This document shows, in pieces, positions 1 through 13,387 of a stretch of DNA of 64,000 nt. The DNA comes from Glaucostegus cemiculus. Taxonomy: Eukaryota. The notes under the pieces were generated by a model that did not search any database, was not told where the DNA came from, and saw only the letters and a program-made list of their open reading frames with translations. Position numbers and translations under genes: made by a program. How positions within the stretch are numbered: position 1 is the first letter of the stretch; each line of letters starts with the position of its first letter. The stretch spans positions 4,464,001-4,528,000 of the forward strand of contig CDPCPM010000019.1 of the NCBI GenBank assembly GCA_976551045.1. The letters run 5' to 3'.

Positions 1-369
1 CAGGAGTAAATTTGGCTTGGTATGCTATAATATACTTAATAAAGGGTGGCACATTCAGAGCTCATTAGTAACAATGAGAATACAGTAACTTGTAAATTTG
101 CCGATTGGGTCATAAATCAACATTCACTATGGAGGAGTTGGGCATCACTGATAGCAACTTTGGATTTTCCAATTTAACTGCTCATGTATGCAGCTGTTTC
201 TGACATATGTTAAGTGAAATTTTTAAAATTGAAACAGCTGGGCAAAATGCATTATGTATATTTTGGTAGTGTGATGTACGATTCACCATGGTGAAAAATA
301 AATTCAAAAATAAATTGAGAAATACCTGCAGCAAACTTCATCTTAATTTTTGTGAAAGCATGGTCCAAT

Positions 370-552
370 AAAAAGATTCCTGAAATATCAGCTGGTCAGG
401 CAGGATCTGTGGAGAGAGGAAATGGAGGTAATGTTTTAGATTGATCACCTTACATCAGAATCTTTTTGAGTGTTTCTCTCTCCACAAATGCTGCTTGACT
501 TGCTGATGAGTACTTTCAGACTTTGAGTATCTGCAGACTTTTGCCTTTCAGT
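370..552. mobile_element. Degenerate short inverted-arm repeat (Penelope-type terminal-repeat derivative)
   Basis: The arm 'ggtcaggcaggatctgtggagagagg' faces its reverse complement 'tctctctccacaaatgctgcttgactt'. Related copies occur at ~905-1085, 17430-17545, 38250-38385, 49780-49890 and 59978-60110. Family name is from memory. Confidence 0.55.
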
Positions 553-904
553 AGTCTGTGGCCAAGTGGAAAATGAAAATGTTGACTAACTATTTAGGCT
601 AAATTATATTTTGGCAAGTGCAGTGGAGTATGAAATTTAGTAAGTAACTGAGGTGGTAAACTGTTAATACAGCAACTCCAACACCACCCCAGCCTGATGG
701 GGGGCAGTGGGTGTGGTCCCAGAAAATAGTTGTTTATCGCAACTTTCTGTAATGTCTGTACAAAAAGAAATACTAGCTGGAAAGCAAAAATTGACAAATT
801 CTGTATTTTTGCGTATCTCATTTTTGGTAGTGATTTTTGAATTCCTTAAGGGCAAATTTTCCCAACCCCAAATGCTGTGACACAAGTATCACCTGTATAT
901 AGTA

Positions 905-1085
905 TGAAAACGAAACACTGCAAATATTCAGCAGGCTACTCAACATCTGTGGAAGAGAAGCAGTTAACAAATTGGGGGTTTTGACCTGAAGTGGTAACTC
1001 TTTTTCACTTTCCACAGATGCTGCTGAGTGTTTTCAGCATTCTCCTTTTGATTTTCTTTTAGATTTCCAACATCTGCATTTTTTT
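905..1085. mobile_element. Second degenerate inverted-arm (Penelope-type) repeat copy
   Basis: Contains the inverted arms 'catctgtggaagagaag' and 'ctttccacagatg', plus the tail 'tttagatttccaacatctgca' shared with other copies. Confidence 0.5.
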
Positions 1086-1184
1086 TTGTTGATATTCATT
1101 CACTAATGGCCACTACCAGCAATGTACTGCTGTGAATCCTGGCTACATTCTGGGAGAGCCAGCGTTCTCTACCTTTCTCACTAT

Positions 1185-2561
1185 CATAGAACATAGAAAA
1201 ACCACAGCACAATTCAGGCCCTTCGGCCCACAAAGCTGTGCCAAACGTATCCCTACACTAGAAATTACTAGGCATTCCCATAACCTCTATTTTACTTAGC
1301 TTCTAACAGTCTTTTGAAAGACCCTATCGTATCCACCTCCACCACTGCTTCTGGCAGCCCATTCCACAGACTCAACACTCTCTGAGTAAAAAAAACTTTC
1401 CCCTGACATCTCCTCTATATCTACTCCCCAGCACCATAAACCTATGTCCTCTTGTGGCCACCATTTCAACCCTGGGGAAGAGCCTCTGACTATCTACCCG
1501 ATCAATACCTCTCATCATCTTATATACCTCTATCAGGTCCCCCTCATCCTCGTTCTCTCCAAGGAGAAAAGACCGAATTCCCACAACCTGCTCTCATAAG
1601 GCATGCTCCGCATTCCAGGCAGCATCCTCGTAAACCTCCTCTGCACCCTCTCTGTTGCTTCCACATTCTTCCTGTAGTGAGACAACCAGAACTGAGCACA
1701 ATACTCCAAGTGGGGTCTGACCAGGGACCTATATAACTGAAGCAATATCTCTCAGCTCCTAAATTCAATCCTGCGACTGATGAAGGACAATGCACCATAT
1801 GCCTTCTTAACCACAGAGTCAACCTGCGCAGCCGCCTTGAGCGTCCTATGGACTCGGATCCCAAGATCCCTCTGATCCTCCACACTGCCAAGAATTCTAC
1901 CATTAATACTATATTCTGCCAACATATTCGACCTACCAAAATGAACCACTTCACACTTATCCGGGTTGAACTGTGTCTGCCACTCCTCAGCCCAATTCTG
2001 CATCCTATCTATGTCCCTCTGTAACCTCTGACAGCCCTCCAAACTATCCACAACACCCCCAACCTTCGTGTCATCTGCAAACTTACTAACCCACCCCTCC
2101 ACTTCCTCATCCAGGTCATTTATAAAAATCAAAGAGTAGGGATCCCAGTACAGACCCCTGAAGCACACCACTGGTCACCAACGTCCACTCAGAATACGAC
2201 CCTTCAACAACCACTCTTTGCTGTCTGTGGCCCGGCCAGTTCTGGATCCACACTGCAATGTCCCCTTGAATCCCATGTCTCCTCACCTTCTCCATAAGCC
2301 TCACATGGGGCACCCTATCAAATGCCTTACTGAAATCCATATACGCTACATTACCGCCTTCCCTTCATCGATGTGCTTAGTCACATCCTCAAAAAAATTC
2401 AATCAGGCTTGTAAGACAGGACCTGCCCTTGACAAAGCCATGCTGACTATTCCTAATCATACTATACCTCTCCAGATGTTCATTAATCCTGCCTCTCAGG
2501 ATCCTCTCCATCAGCTTACCAATCACTGAGGTAAGACTCACCGGTCTATAATTCTCCGGGC
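1185..2561 (-). mobile_element. 5'-truncated CR1-clade LINE (ORF2 reverse transcriptase 3' part, frameshifted), antisense in the last FECH intron
   Basis: Minus-strand ORFs encode DFSKAFDRVPH, SGVLQGSVLG, KFADDTK (RT catalytic motif) and LVRPHLEYCAQFW, all typical of CR1 ORF2. A catagaa-type 3' tail lies at ~1185-1198. Confidence 0.9.
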
Positions 2562-2765
2562 TTTTTCATTTTCTTTTCTTTTGCTGCCTCTTTCTCCCAG
2601 TTTTTTTTTGCCTTCATTCATTCATTCTTTCCTTACCCAATCTTTCTTCCTCATTTGTCTTCATTTCCCCTTTCTTTGCTCTGAGTCTCTTCCCCTTCCC
2701 CCACCCTCTCTCTCTGTTCTCTCTGCCCCATGTTGTTCTTCTGTGCCCCCCACCCCCATTTCATT
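2562..2765. repeat. CT-rich polypyrimidine low-complexity tract
   Basis: About 200 bp that is mostly C/T on the + strand. Confidence 0.7.
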
Positions 2766-4011
2766 TATTGTAATGTTGATTATACTTGCTTTCAAATAGA
2801 TGTATGAAACATGATCAAAGCAGGGCAATAAACAATGTCACCTGTCTCGATTTTGGATTATATGTTGCGACCTTGCTCTCTGCATAATCTGTCAGCTCAT
2901 TCTTATCAGAAACATGGAAATTAAAATAGAGGATGTGAAACTTGTGTTACTGCACCAATGCTGACATGTTAGACATTAAAGACATAAGTAGAAAAAATGC
3001 TGTCCATTACTCATGCCTTAAGCTTTTAGTTTGAGGGAGAGCTTGTAGAAATTAGTTTACTTTCATATCTTTAATTTCTACTGAAGAAGTAAAATAAGCT
3101 CACACTTGCCACGATTACCTTGTGACCTTGATTTAAGAGACGGTGGGGTTTAATTTAACAGATAATGTCAAGTGGCAGATGAGTTGCCATCTGTCACTTG
3201 TAAGACAGCAAAATGTGTGTTTCTTGACCATAAAGAGTGACTGCTTCTTGGAGGCACTTTATGGGCATAGTGTTTTGGAAAGTCCTGAGGCTGTAAAAAG
3301 TGCCAGTACATTTTTTTTTGAGCGTGGCTTTCTGAGAATAGTTACCTTTTATAAGCCTTGGGATATCACAATCAGTTGTAACATCTTGGCTTGTGTTCCA
3401 GCTTGAATAGTCAACTGAGTAGTGAGCAGGATCAGCCCTAACCCAGATGATCTTGTGAGCAAGTTTAGCTTGTATTACAGCTACAGATTTTGGTGTGCTT
3501 CTTTGCCATTCAACACAGATGTCTTGCATTCAAATTCAGCCATGTCATCTGTCAAATTATCATAAAACTATGTTTCTTAATGCCTTTTAATATAGGAATT
3601 AATCACTTTTGCTATATGGGTGACTCCAAACCAGCACTGGGGTTAATTTTTAATGCCCTCTTAAAAAGTCTAATAAATAATTTGTTAAAAATAACAAGCC
3701 TTAATTGTAAGGGGAAAAATTGGATGGATGTCTGATTCATTCATTGGTAAGAAATCAAGAGTATAGCATTGGTTAATGCATCTGAGGCTGTATAATGCAT
3801 CTGAGTACTGTCATTAACCTTTGGCACCTGATGCCATGGTTGGAAGAGATGACAGCCTTGAAACTGGGGCCATTAGTAGAAATGATGCATATACCACAGG
3901 TGTAGCCGATATGCTGCTGGTTTGTTGTACATATTTAGTAATGTTTTTATTGGTGTTTATCCAAGTAAAAGTGTTGAAATTTTGTGCTAATAATTTACTG
4001 TCTATTTCTAG

Positions 4012-4146
4012 GCTCTGGCAGATCTGGTTAATACTCATCTAAAATCAGCAGAAACTTCTTCCAAACAGTTGAGTCTACGTTGTCCACTTTGTGTTAATCC
4101 AGTGTGTCGAGAAACCAAGGCATTTTTTGCCCATCAAAAACTTTGA
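4012..4146 (+). CDS. FECH: Ferrochelatase, final coding exon (upstream exons lie outside the window)
   Basis: Acceptor ttctag|GCT at 4011/4012. Translates as [44 protein letters not shown], matching the vertebrate FECH C-terminus with the [2Fe-2S] motif C-x2-C-x4-C. It is convergent with ONECUT2, as in mammals. The ORF track misses it because it has no ATG. Confidence 0.95.
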   Translation, partial: ALADLVNTHLKSAETSSKQLSLRCPLCVNPVCRETKAFFAHQKL

Positions 4147-4661
4147 AATGGTAGTCATCGGCCTTGGATTGTTCTGCCCTTCGAGACTTGCGATCAAACG
4201 GTCGTTTACATTTTTTTTCCTGCTGTGATAATACCTGAAATACCATCTGTACTAAGTATAAAAATAAGCTCAGTCATAGATTGGATTCATTTTTGAAGTA
4301 TATCCTTTATTGCAGTAATGAGCAGTTGTTCTTTGAAGAAGTATGGTGTGATAGCATTGCATTATTCTCAAGCCGTGGTATGTGGGGGAGAAAAGTGCTG
4401 AAATTATCAGCGCTATACTTTTTTCTCTTGATTTCTATTGAGTGCAGCAAAGGAGGGAAGAACGCTTGAATGTGAGTTTCAGAAGTTTATTTCAATGTAT
4501 ACGATTTAGTATAGCTTTGAATAAGGTTGGTATCTTAGTGAAGATTTGTTTAATGAGCTTGTGTATTTATGAACAAAAATGCTTAAAAATCACGCTTCAT
4601 TTTTCAAACCTCATGTACTTGATTTATACTTCACTCCACTTAAACCCCCTTACTGTCAATA

Positions 4662-4667
4662 ATTAAA
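4662..4667 (+). terminator. Candidate FECH polyadenylation signal (ATTAAA)
   Basis: First AWTAAA hexamer I found after the FECH stop. The first AATAAA is at 6527, inside a LINE tail. No transcript support is available. Confidence 0.25.
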
Positions 4668-5959
4668 CACCCTTATTGTAAGATGGGTTTTAATTGAAAT
4701 GTACTTGCCCTTCCAAATCTACATCCCAAAGTAATGTGAACAGTTTTTGAGTGTGGGAATGGGAGGTAAAATAATTTTGTTTGTAGACTGGCTTTGCTCA
4801 AAATTTAACCAGATATATAATATGGGGAAATCAATTCAGCATGTTTGTACTTCAAAATCAAACTACTGAAATCTATTTGTACAATATTATGTAAATGGAG
4901 CAAACGCACTTGTCCAATGGCACATAATCTAAAGAGATTAAGTGCATGATGGCAGAGTTTACCCATTAGGCAGTTGCATATAGCAGGAATTGACCAGCCA
5001 GACCTGTAGCATGCAAGTACAGATCAGTTTTGAGCTTCATGCCATGTGTCTTGTGAAGACCATTTGACTTGGTCTTCATTACGCCATCTCTTTCTTTATT
5101 TTTGACTTTTTTCCCTCCACTGCTGCCCTCTTTGCTCATCTCACCCATTGTATTACTTCACATTTATGAAAATCCTGCTCCAAGAAATGGCAAGAATCAG
5201 TGTTACAAAATGTTGATTCTTTATCTGTAGTGAATCACCTCTTTAGGGTATAATCTCTTTTCACTACAATATAGTCATATAGGTATTATGTGTGTTGAAA
5301 CATATGATGAGAAACATGCATTGTCATACATAACTATGTATGCACTGTGGTGGAAAATGAGCAAAACTGGCCTTGCAACTCAGCCTGTGTCCTGTGAAAC
5401 ACATCTTTTGTAGATATATGTTGAAATTTGTGTTTATCAAACAATTCTGCATTACTGATGACATGTAAAGGGAGCAATAACTTGCTGTAGGATACAGTAA
5501 AAGTGATTAGGGAACACTTATACTGGTGAAAAGCTGTTACTGAGACTAGTATTGAGTATAATTTGGGAAATGTACTTCCATACTGTGGACCTACCTCATC
5601 TTGTTTTCCCTATGAAACAACTCATGATACATGTTATTTACATAATGTGGGTATTATATGTCATTCATGTTTTAATTGGCTGATAGGTTGGCAGTGATCT
5701 GCCAGAATTGCTTATTTTACTCACTAGTGGTAGATTGTGTATTTTTCTTGGCAGCCCCTCTACCAGCTTTGCTTAGTAGTTGATGTGAATCTATAAAAGT
5801 AAGTTGGAATGGTAAACCATCTCTGATCTGTGACTTGTAGTATAGCGTTTATACATACTGATAAAATAACTGTTGAATTCAATCTTTAAGATGAATTGTG
5901 CAGAACAAAAAAGGATCAGCATTCTGAATCGCAGTAGATGCTTTTGGCCTATTAGCAGA

Positions 5960-6900
5960 TGTAGACTGGCTGTTTGAAAGCTATGCAATTTTTCCCATCC
6001 CCTGCTCTTGACCTCTAATAATCCAATAATCTTGCACTCTTTCTATTTCAAGTATTTGTCCAAATCCCTTTTGAAAGTTGCTGTTGATTCTGACTCTGCT
6101 CATCCTTTCAAGCAGTGCATTTCAGATTATCATAATTCACCACATTTAAGAATAATTCTTCCCCCATTTGTCTACAGTTATTTTATCCCAATTAATTTAA
6201 ATCTCTGTCTTCTGGTTACTGACTTAAGAAACAGTTTTGCCTTATTTGCTCTACCATTTGTTTAGTAAAGTACTTCATGGTAGACTTGTTAATCCAGTGC
6301 ATTTCATTTTAGCTAAGGTGGTGGCATGGATTTTACACCAGCCAAGGGAATAGAATGCAATGCTAAACGGTCATAGTTTAGAATGTATTGGGAGGTTAGC
6401 ATTGTGCCCACTACTATTTTTAATTTGTAGTTATTACTATTTGTATTTGTTTGTAATGCACTGCCCTGCTGCTGCAAAGCACTATCTTTCATGGCATTTT
6501 ATACCCTTGGTATATATGCCGATGATAATAAACTTGAACTATCTAAATTAACAAAATTATTCAGCATCTTTATTTCTTACCTTTACAAGGACACAAATCC
6601 CAGCTTCTCTGGTGAAATGAAAACAAAATAAAATTCCACATCCACATATATCCACATTTTACTAAGTCTTCAAATCCTTCTTTTCAAGGCTATGACATTT
6701 TTCCTAAACTCTGTGTCTGTAATTGAATACAGTGCTCCAACTGAAGTCTAATCAGTAATTGTAATGATTTAGTAAAACCTACTTGCATTTATACTATCTG
6801 CCTCTTTATTTAAGACCAGTGCCCAATTTGCTTCAGCAGCCTTTTCAAATAACTTCAACTTTATTATTTTTAAGATTTTGTACATGTAAACTCTGAAGTC
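5960..6900. mobile_element. Heavily decayed LINE fragments (CR1-like 3' pieces plus a Rex1/L2-like tail at ~6390-6545)
   Basis: 'gtatttgtccaaatcccttttgaaagttgctgttgattctgac...' resembles the CR1 3' region seen elsewhere in the window. A tail-like 'gatgataataaacttgaac' follows. Confidence 0.45.
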
Positions 6901-9454
6901 TGTTTCTGCATCCCTTTAAATTTAATAGCAAATTTCAGAATTATGCTCTGCATATCCAAATCTGGAATATTAATGGACTAGAAGTAGTAGTTGAGTCCAG
7001 TGCTAACCTCTGCATTGTACATTCTAAAATATGACTGTTCAGCATTCTATTCTTTTCCCTAGACTGGTGTAAAGTCCATGCTACCACTTGAGCAAAAGTG
7101 AAATGCATAGGATTAATGAGTCTATAATGAGGTACTTTTCCAAACAATGTTTGCAAGTTGAAAATATTCACCAACCATACTGTTATCAACATTGTGTGCT
7201 CTTACTACTTGAAGTTCCATATATCACAAAACTTAATTTCCTTGTTTTGCCTAGTTACATGATTTTTCCCCCTGTCAGTATTAATTAAACAGTTTTAAAA
7301 AGTCATCTGTCAAGAACAGGAATGTCAGTTTTTTGCCATCATGTCTTCCATAACTTTTTTTTCATGTGTTCTTCCTTTAAGCAATTCCTCATTTTTCCAA
7401 AGGCTTTAACAGTTTAGTGCCAATTGTTTGTTGATTTTTCTCTGTTAAAATTGGAAAATAAATTCTAGATGGAAATTTTGCTCTGTATTGAATGATGCAG
7501 GTACTATTTCTAATCCATTTTTTTTGCTGTAATATAACAGACTTACTCAAGTGACCCTTGCTGTTTCTCTAGAATCTGAATTGACCTGTTTAAGCAAATT
7601 ACAAATCATTGAATTAGATATGTATTTTTTTAAGCACTTAGGAAAAATCTAGTTCAGATGCTGAAAAGAAACTACTTGAAGGTATTAGTTCCCTCATGTC
7701 TAGCTAACACAGAATTGAAATGGAAGCTGTCCAATTACCACCAGCCTGCCCACTAACAGATACTTTCCAATCTTTCCAGCATGGAATTATGTTTGTCATA
7801 GTTTATATTATTGATAGAAACAATTGTTAAAGTCTGCACTTAACTTGATAGGCCTTGCTTTATTTATAATTCATCATGGGATTCAACACAGGAAGAATAA
7901 GAAAAACCTGTTACTTGAACAAGGAGTTTGATTACACACTCAAATAACATGGGCTGAGAGGTGGAAAGAAGTAGTAGGAGAACCAGTGCATTGTACAGTA
8001 GGACAATAAAGCACAGTTACAGTTTTGTGAACTGTTACATGTTAAGGCTTAAGTGAATTACCAGCCGATTGTTCACCTGAAGTGGGTAATCAAAGTCATT
8101 TTACAGTCATGCCTTAACACATTTGCAATTTTTAAAAATTGTATTTGTTTCTATTCATGATTATCCTTCAAGAGGAAGTTGGTGCTTCCTGGTCTTTAAA
8201 ATAATAATATGGAAATAATATATCAGATCTCTTGTACTCTTTTGCCATGATTTATTGATATTAGCCTAACATTCTGATTCACTCTTTCTGGTAGTGAAAT
8301 GTTGAATTTAAAATTGAATATTGGATTAAATATGGGAAAAAACTTAACTGTAGTTTTAACAGCAAATGATTGAAGCAATTAAATATTGTAATAAATGTTT
8401 TATCTGAATCCTTGTGTCTTTTTTAACAAGCCTGGTTTTCTATTGCTAATACAACAATGTTGTAGGCTGTCATCATTTATTTGATGCTATGTTTGTACAA
8501 GTGTTAATGGGGAAAGAGTATAACACAATAATAAAAGATGTCTTGTGCTTTGGTAAAGCAGTACACAGAAGCACTTCATTTTAGAGTGTGTTTGCAGTTT
8601 ATTTTGTGGAAAAAGTTGTGTTGGTACAAGTTTGAACTGTCAGCTTTCCTCAGTTGGTAATACTCAAGACAAAGCATTGTGTATTCAAGTTGTATTCCAG
8701 GATGTTAAATCTAGGCTGACAATTTAGCGGAAATAGATGAGGGTTGCAGGGTGCCCTATAAAACAACAATAACCGGAAATCACATTATCTTGTCCTTGGT
8801 ATAAGACTTTGGTAAGATGTCCAGAGCACTTTAAGCAGTTTAGGCTCAAATCCTTCGGTAATGTTGATGTATTGAAAACTGTACAGGCAAGGATTGCAAG
8901 ATTTATTCCCAGCCCAAAATCTTATGATAGGCTGAAATGATTGTAAGTCTACATTACACAGAAGTACAGAGTATAGATGAGCTGATTGAAATTTATATGA
9001 TGACAAAGAGAGTAGATTACACATGTTTATTTAACAGTTCAGAGGACCACAGTTCACAATTTTAAAATTTACAAGGCCTACTCTAAAATCATTTTTCATA
9101 GTTCATGGGCCTTAAAGCCATATGAGTTCTTCACCTATTGAACAAAAGACCTCTTAGGATTTTGAGGTTTTTCTTCCCCAATGCCTTATTAAGCTCTTTT
9201 GTAGATGGGCATTTAAGCTATAGAGTACAGTTGTCATGTTGTAATTGTAATCATTTGAAGTGACAGTAGATATGATTGACATTAAAAGAGAATTTTTAAA
9301 CAATTCAGAGGTTAGTTTATCACCACATTCACTCCTCTGGATCATGCCTTAAACATGCTTGGGTTGTTGGTCAATGGAGAAGAATCACCCATGCACAATA
9401 AAAAATTAACATTTTGACTTAAAAGCAAGGGTTGATTGTCCTGCTTTTTTGTTT

Positions 9455-10560
9455 AGGCAGTCTCTCAGCATTGAGGATGACTTGCTACCACTCTAGTTTT
9501 GTGGGATCTGAGGTGACTGATGATACCATCATGGGACATGCAGACTTCCCTATGGTTTGGGCAGGAGGTGTCTGATTGGGTGGGTGGAGTCTTTGTGAGG
9601 TGGTGCTCTCTTTTATTTTGTGTGCTCCTAATGCATAGACTTGAGGTTCTCAAATACCATCTGGGATGATGAATTTCATTGTTAATGTTTGCTTTTGCTG
9701 AGAAGTGGTTCCTGAGATGTGAAAAGTGACCCACAATGTCCAGGATCCCAACATAAATCTTCATTCTTGAAGGACTGCATGTGCAGTGGGAGCAGTTTGG
9801 TAGAGGATCTTTGTCTTGCAGGTATTGAGTGCAAGGCCCATCCTCTTGTGTGCTTCAGTGAAGAAATTGACTACAGTTTGAACCTCTGCCTCGAATATAC
9901 CCCAAATGCAAGGAGCAGTTTGACAAGTGAAGATTGGGTGACCTCAGCAATGGAGTGTTGTTACCGTAGATGGTTAAGTGTTCCATTGGTTCTGAGAGTA
10001 GCTTCTGAAGTTTGGAGATGAGGTGAAAGATTGCAATAAAAAAAGATTTATGTATCAGAGTCATGATTTGGCCCTGTTGGAATTGGTCATCACTGAGACT
10101 GACTGTCACTTGCTTTTTTATTTGAGATATTTGCTAGCATCCTGTCATTAAGCAAATCAAAAATGGTGATGAATTTCTGTGGGCAGACAAACTGGAGGGT
10201 GTTCCACAATCTTTCCCAATTGGATCAAAATCTTTACTGAGATTGGGGGAAAAGTCCATTATAGTAGTTGTGCTGCTCCATACATTTTTCTCAGGATGAT
10301 CATGTGGTGAAGTTCATGTCCACAGTTCTCAATCTCCACACTGCATCTGGAGAGGAGCTGATGGTGAAGGACATGCTGATAATTGGTCTATAGCAGACAG
10401 TGGTGAGATCCTTATGTAGTTATTATAATAAATTGTTTACAGTCCAAGATGGCACATAAGTTTTTAGAAGCAGGACCAGTTGGCCCATACAGAGAGTGCT
10501 AATGGTACTGGGAGTGATTTGGAGAGTTATTCCAATTGTTTGTAATCATTCAGGCAGTCA
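9455..10560 (-). mobile_element. Decayed RTE-clade LINE, 3' portion
   Basis: ORF 9465-9764 (-) ends in SCPNHREVCMSHDGIISHLRSH, a degraded form of the C-terminal Cys/His motif of RTE ORFs. Further degraded coding-like sequence continues to ~10.5 kb. Confidence 0.6.
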
Positions 10561-10936
10561 TGATTTATCTGCCTGCTATTAACATTCAGGGAAGTTTGCT
10601 TCCAACTTAAAGGTATGGGCAGAATTTGCCCAGTTTTATAACAAGGCAATTAAGTGCCATTTCTCACTATTCCTGGCAGTATTGGAAATCAGCATTCACA
10701 ATTGCACATGTCATGGCAGCAGTGGTCACTGAATAGAGATTCAGAATAGGAAATTTAGATTTTTAATCTTTCATTGGAGCCAACTGCTGTTTGAAGAACT
10801 GACATATCTAACTCATTACTAACCTCTAAACCAGTGCTGGGTCCACTTATTCTGATCATCACTTACGATTCTGGTACCTCCTCAGAAGTGTTCTGAATCA
10901 CAAAGGACGGCAACTATTTCGCTTCATGGTTTTGTT

Positions 10937-11230
10937 GTGCAGACAAAAGAGCTGGTCATTGAGTTCAGGATGTGGGGCGGTGCACATAAACCTGTCTATA
11001 TCAATGATGCTGAGGTTGAGAGCTTCAAGTTCCAAGGAATGAACATAACCAATAGCCTATCCCCATCCAACCACGTAGACACCATGTCCAAGAAAGCTCA
11101 TCAGTGCCTCTACTTCCTCAGGAGGCTAAAGAAGTTTGGCATGTCCATCTTGACACCAACTTTTATCGAAGCACCATGGAAAGTATTCTATCTGGATGCG
11201 TCATGGCTTGGTATGGCAACTGATCTGCCT
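10937..11230 (+). mobile_element. Rex1/Babar-like LINE RT C-terminal fragment
   Basis: ORF reads TKELVIEFR...PVYINDAEVESFKFQG...KKAHQCLYFLRRLKKFGMS, similar to the 'TKELIVDFR / KAQQRLYFLRRL' signature. Confidence 0.75.
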
Positions 11231-11362
11231 GGGAAACAAGTTTTTCTTGCACCTTAAATAATATCCTGACCCTGTTTTGCACTCACTATTGTGTCAAGTA
11301 AGGGTGTTCTTCTGGCATTTTATTACTAAGGTGTATGGACCTACAAAAATGTTAAAGTTAAT

Positions 11363-11496
11363 GGGGGGGGGGGGAGCAGAGGGTGGGATGGTTAGAGAAT
11401 CCTCACTGTTTCTGCAAGAGCAGAAGAAAAAAGCATGACTGGCAACCTGGTCCTTCAAGCCTGCCCCCTGCCGACTCCCCCCCCCCCCCCCCCCCC
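11363..11496. repeat. G12 (11363-11374) and C20 (11477-11496) homopolymer runs
   Basis: Read directly from the sequence. Confidence 0.85.
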
Positions 11497-12289
11497 ATCA
11501 ATATAACCATGGCTGACCTGCCCTAGGCCTTCTGTGCTGGTTTCTTCATAGCCCTGGATTCCTTAACCTTTCAAAAACTTACCTCTAGAGTTTTTGATGG
11601 CAGATTGCACATTCAATACTTCAAAGTGTCTTTTTTTCAAGGATGGCATTTGTTTTCCTAACACCATGTCGGTTAAGTCAACTGCAGGTATTTCAGTGCT
11701 CCTGTGCACATTTATTATTTCAATTAGTAATTCTGTGCATTCATTGTTAAGGGAAAGAATTTAATACTTGGCCAGAATTATAATTTTAAGAGGTCTGAGA
11801 GAAAACAAAACTATCATTTTGTTTCCTGACCTATTAAATATAGTTTTTCACATTTAAAAAGCATTCAAAGGGCAATGATATGTAGATATGGCTCTTCTCA
11901 ATCAAATTATTTTCAGCTGATTTTGCCACAATAATTAATGTGGCATACCAATGTTTAATGAGTTGAGCAGCAATTATAAAGAAATTATTAATAGATGCAA
12001 GAAACTGTGCATTCAAACTATGTACTTTAAAGGTAGTTCTTTAACTTGAATACTTCACTTTGGTTGGTGAAAAATTTCATCTCTCAAGTATTTCATTATA
12101 ACAAAGTTATACCTTTTATTTCTTTCACCTATTTATGTTTCTTTTTGTCACAGAGGAGAAAATTGAATTAAGTGCATTCCCAAATGTCACATTTGTTTAA
12201 ATGTGCTGTGAATTCCTTTTCATTACGTACTCACTGAGAACAGATTGCTACTGATCCTGTGTAATGTTCAGTTTTATTCACAACTCCTC

Positions 12290-12850
12290 AGGTAATGAAG
12301 CAGCATAATCTGGTCAACAATCAGGCTTGGGCTGATGAATTACAGCAGCACTACACAAATACCATACAATGACCACCTCAAGCAAAAGAGAGCACAAGCA
12401 CAAGCACAACCACAACCTTTGATGTTCGATGGGTTTAACTTCACTGAATTGTCTACGCTCGTAATTCAGAAATTTAACCAGTTCAGCCACATGTATAATA
12501 AGGTTACAAGAGCTAGGTCATCTGCCAAAAGTTACTCACTTCCTGACATTACACACCAATTCTTCTGACATGTGCTGTGCAGATATTAGTGTGATGAAAC
12601 ACTCTCCTGATAGAATGCTGCTCCAACAGCACTTGATTAAACATAATACTATCCAGGGTAAAACAATCCAATTGCTTGCCATCCTACACACCACCTTAAT
12701 TTGCTCTGCCACCAGTACAGATAGTTGCAGCATGTATCATCCACAAAGTGCAATACAACAAAGGCTGTATCTATAGCACTTCCCGAACATGCAAATTCTC
12801 CTACCTGGACTTCTTGGTACAGGCTATTAACAATCAAATCTGTGTCATCA
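12290..12850 (+). mobile_element. Ancient degraded LINE fragment (CR1/L2 superfamily)
   Basis: 'gtgtgatgaaacactctcc...gctgctccaacagcact...atccagggtaaaaca...cttgccatcctacacaccacc' resembles a common old shark LINE as I remember it. No intact ORF. Confidence 0.45.
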
Positions 12851-13387
12851 CCTCAGTTTTCCTCAACCTTTCTTACTACAATGGTGCATCTCCCTTTGAG
12901 CAAGCATCCTGATAAAATGGAACTAATCTACAAGACAAACAGGAAACTCTTTAACCTTTGATGCCTTCATTCCAGAACATCACTCCAACCTCAATCCACA
13001 ATATACAGACAATGCATGGATATGCTCATATTTGGAGGCAAAGATTCATTCACTGAAGTATACAAGAGCCTATGCTAAAAGTCCACAAAACAAAGTCCTG
13101 TACCACTACCTGCTTATGTGGAATAAAAGTCCTCCACACTGGATGCTTGCCAGAGTGGTTTGATGAACAATGTGGAGTTATATAACAATATTGTGAAAAT
13201 ATACAGCTGTTTTTATGTGAATATGAACTGTTGAAAATAATAAAAAATCAAGCTGATAAGTGTCAGTGGTGAAATAGTTTAGACCTAATTTTAGTTTTTG
13301 AAAATCCATTTATGAAAAATGATCTAGCTGAAAATGTTTTACTGCCATCATCAATTGATGTGTTCTATTTGAATAGATCTATTCTCT

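Noticed and set aside
1-4011. Penultimate FECH exon (expected ...IRRAESLNGNPLF...)
   Set aside because: I could not find it by eye in the + frames, so it presumably lies upstream of the window.
4093-4112. CAGTGT as a possible iron-responsive element loop in FECH
   Set aside because: The flanks do not form the 5-bp upper stem with a bulged C, and it lies in coding sequence.
11363-11496. G12 and C20 runs as a functional fold-back
   Set aside because: The C run sits inside a CR1 tail fragment and the sequence between the runs is not complementary, so they are likely independent slippage runs.
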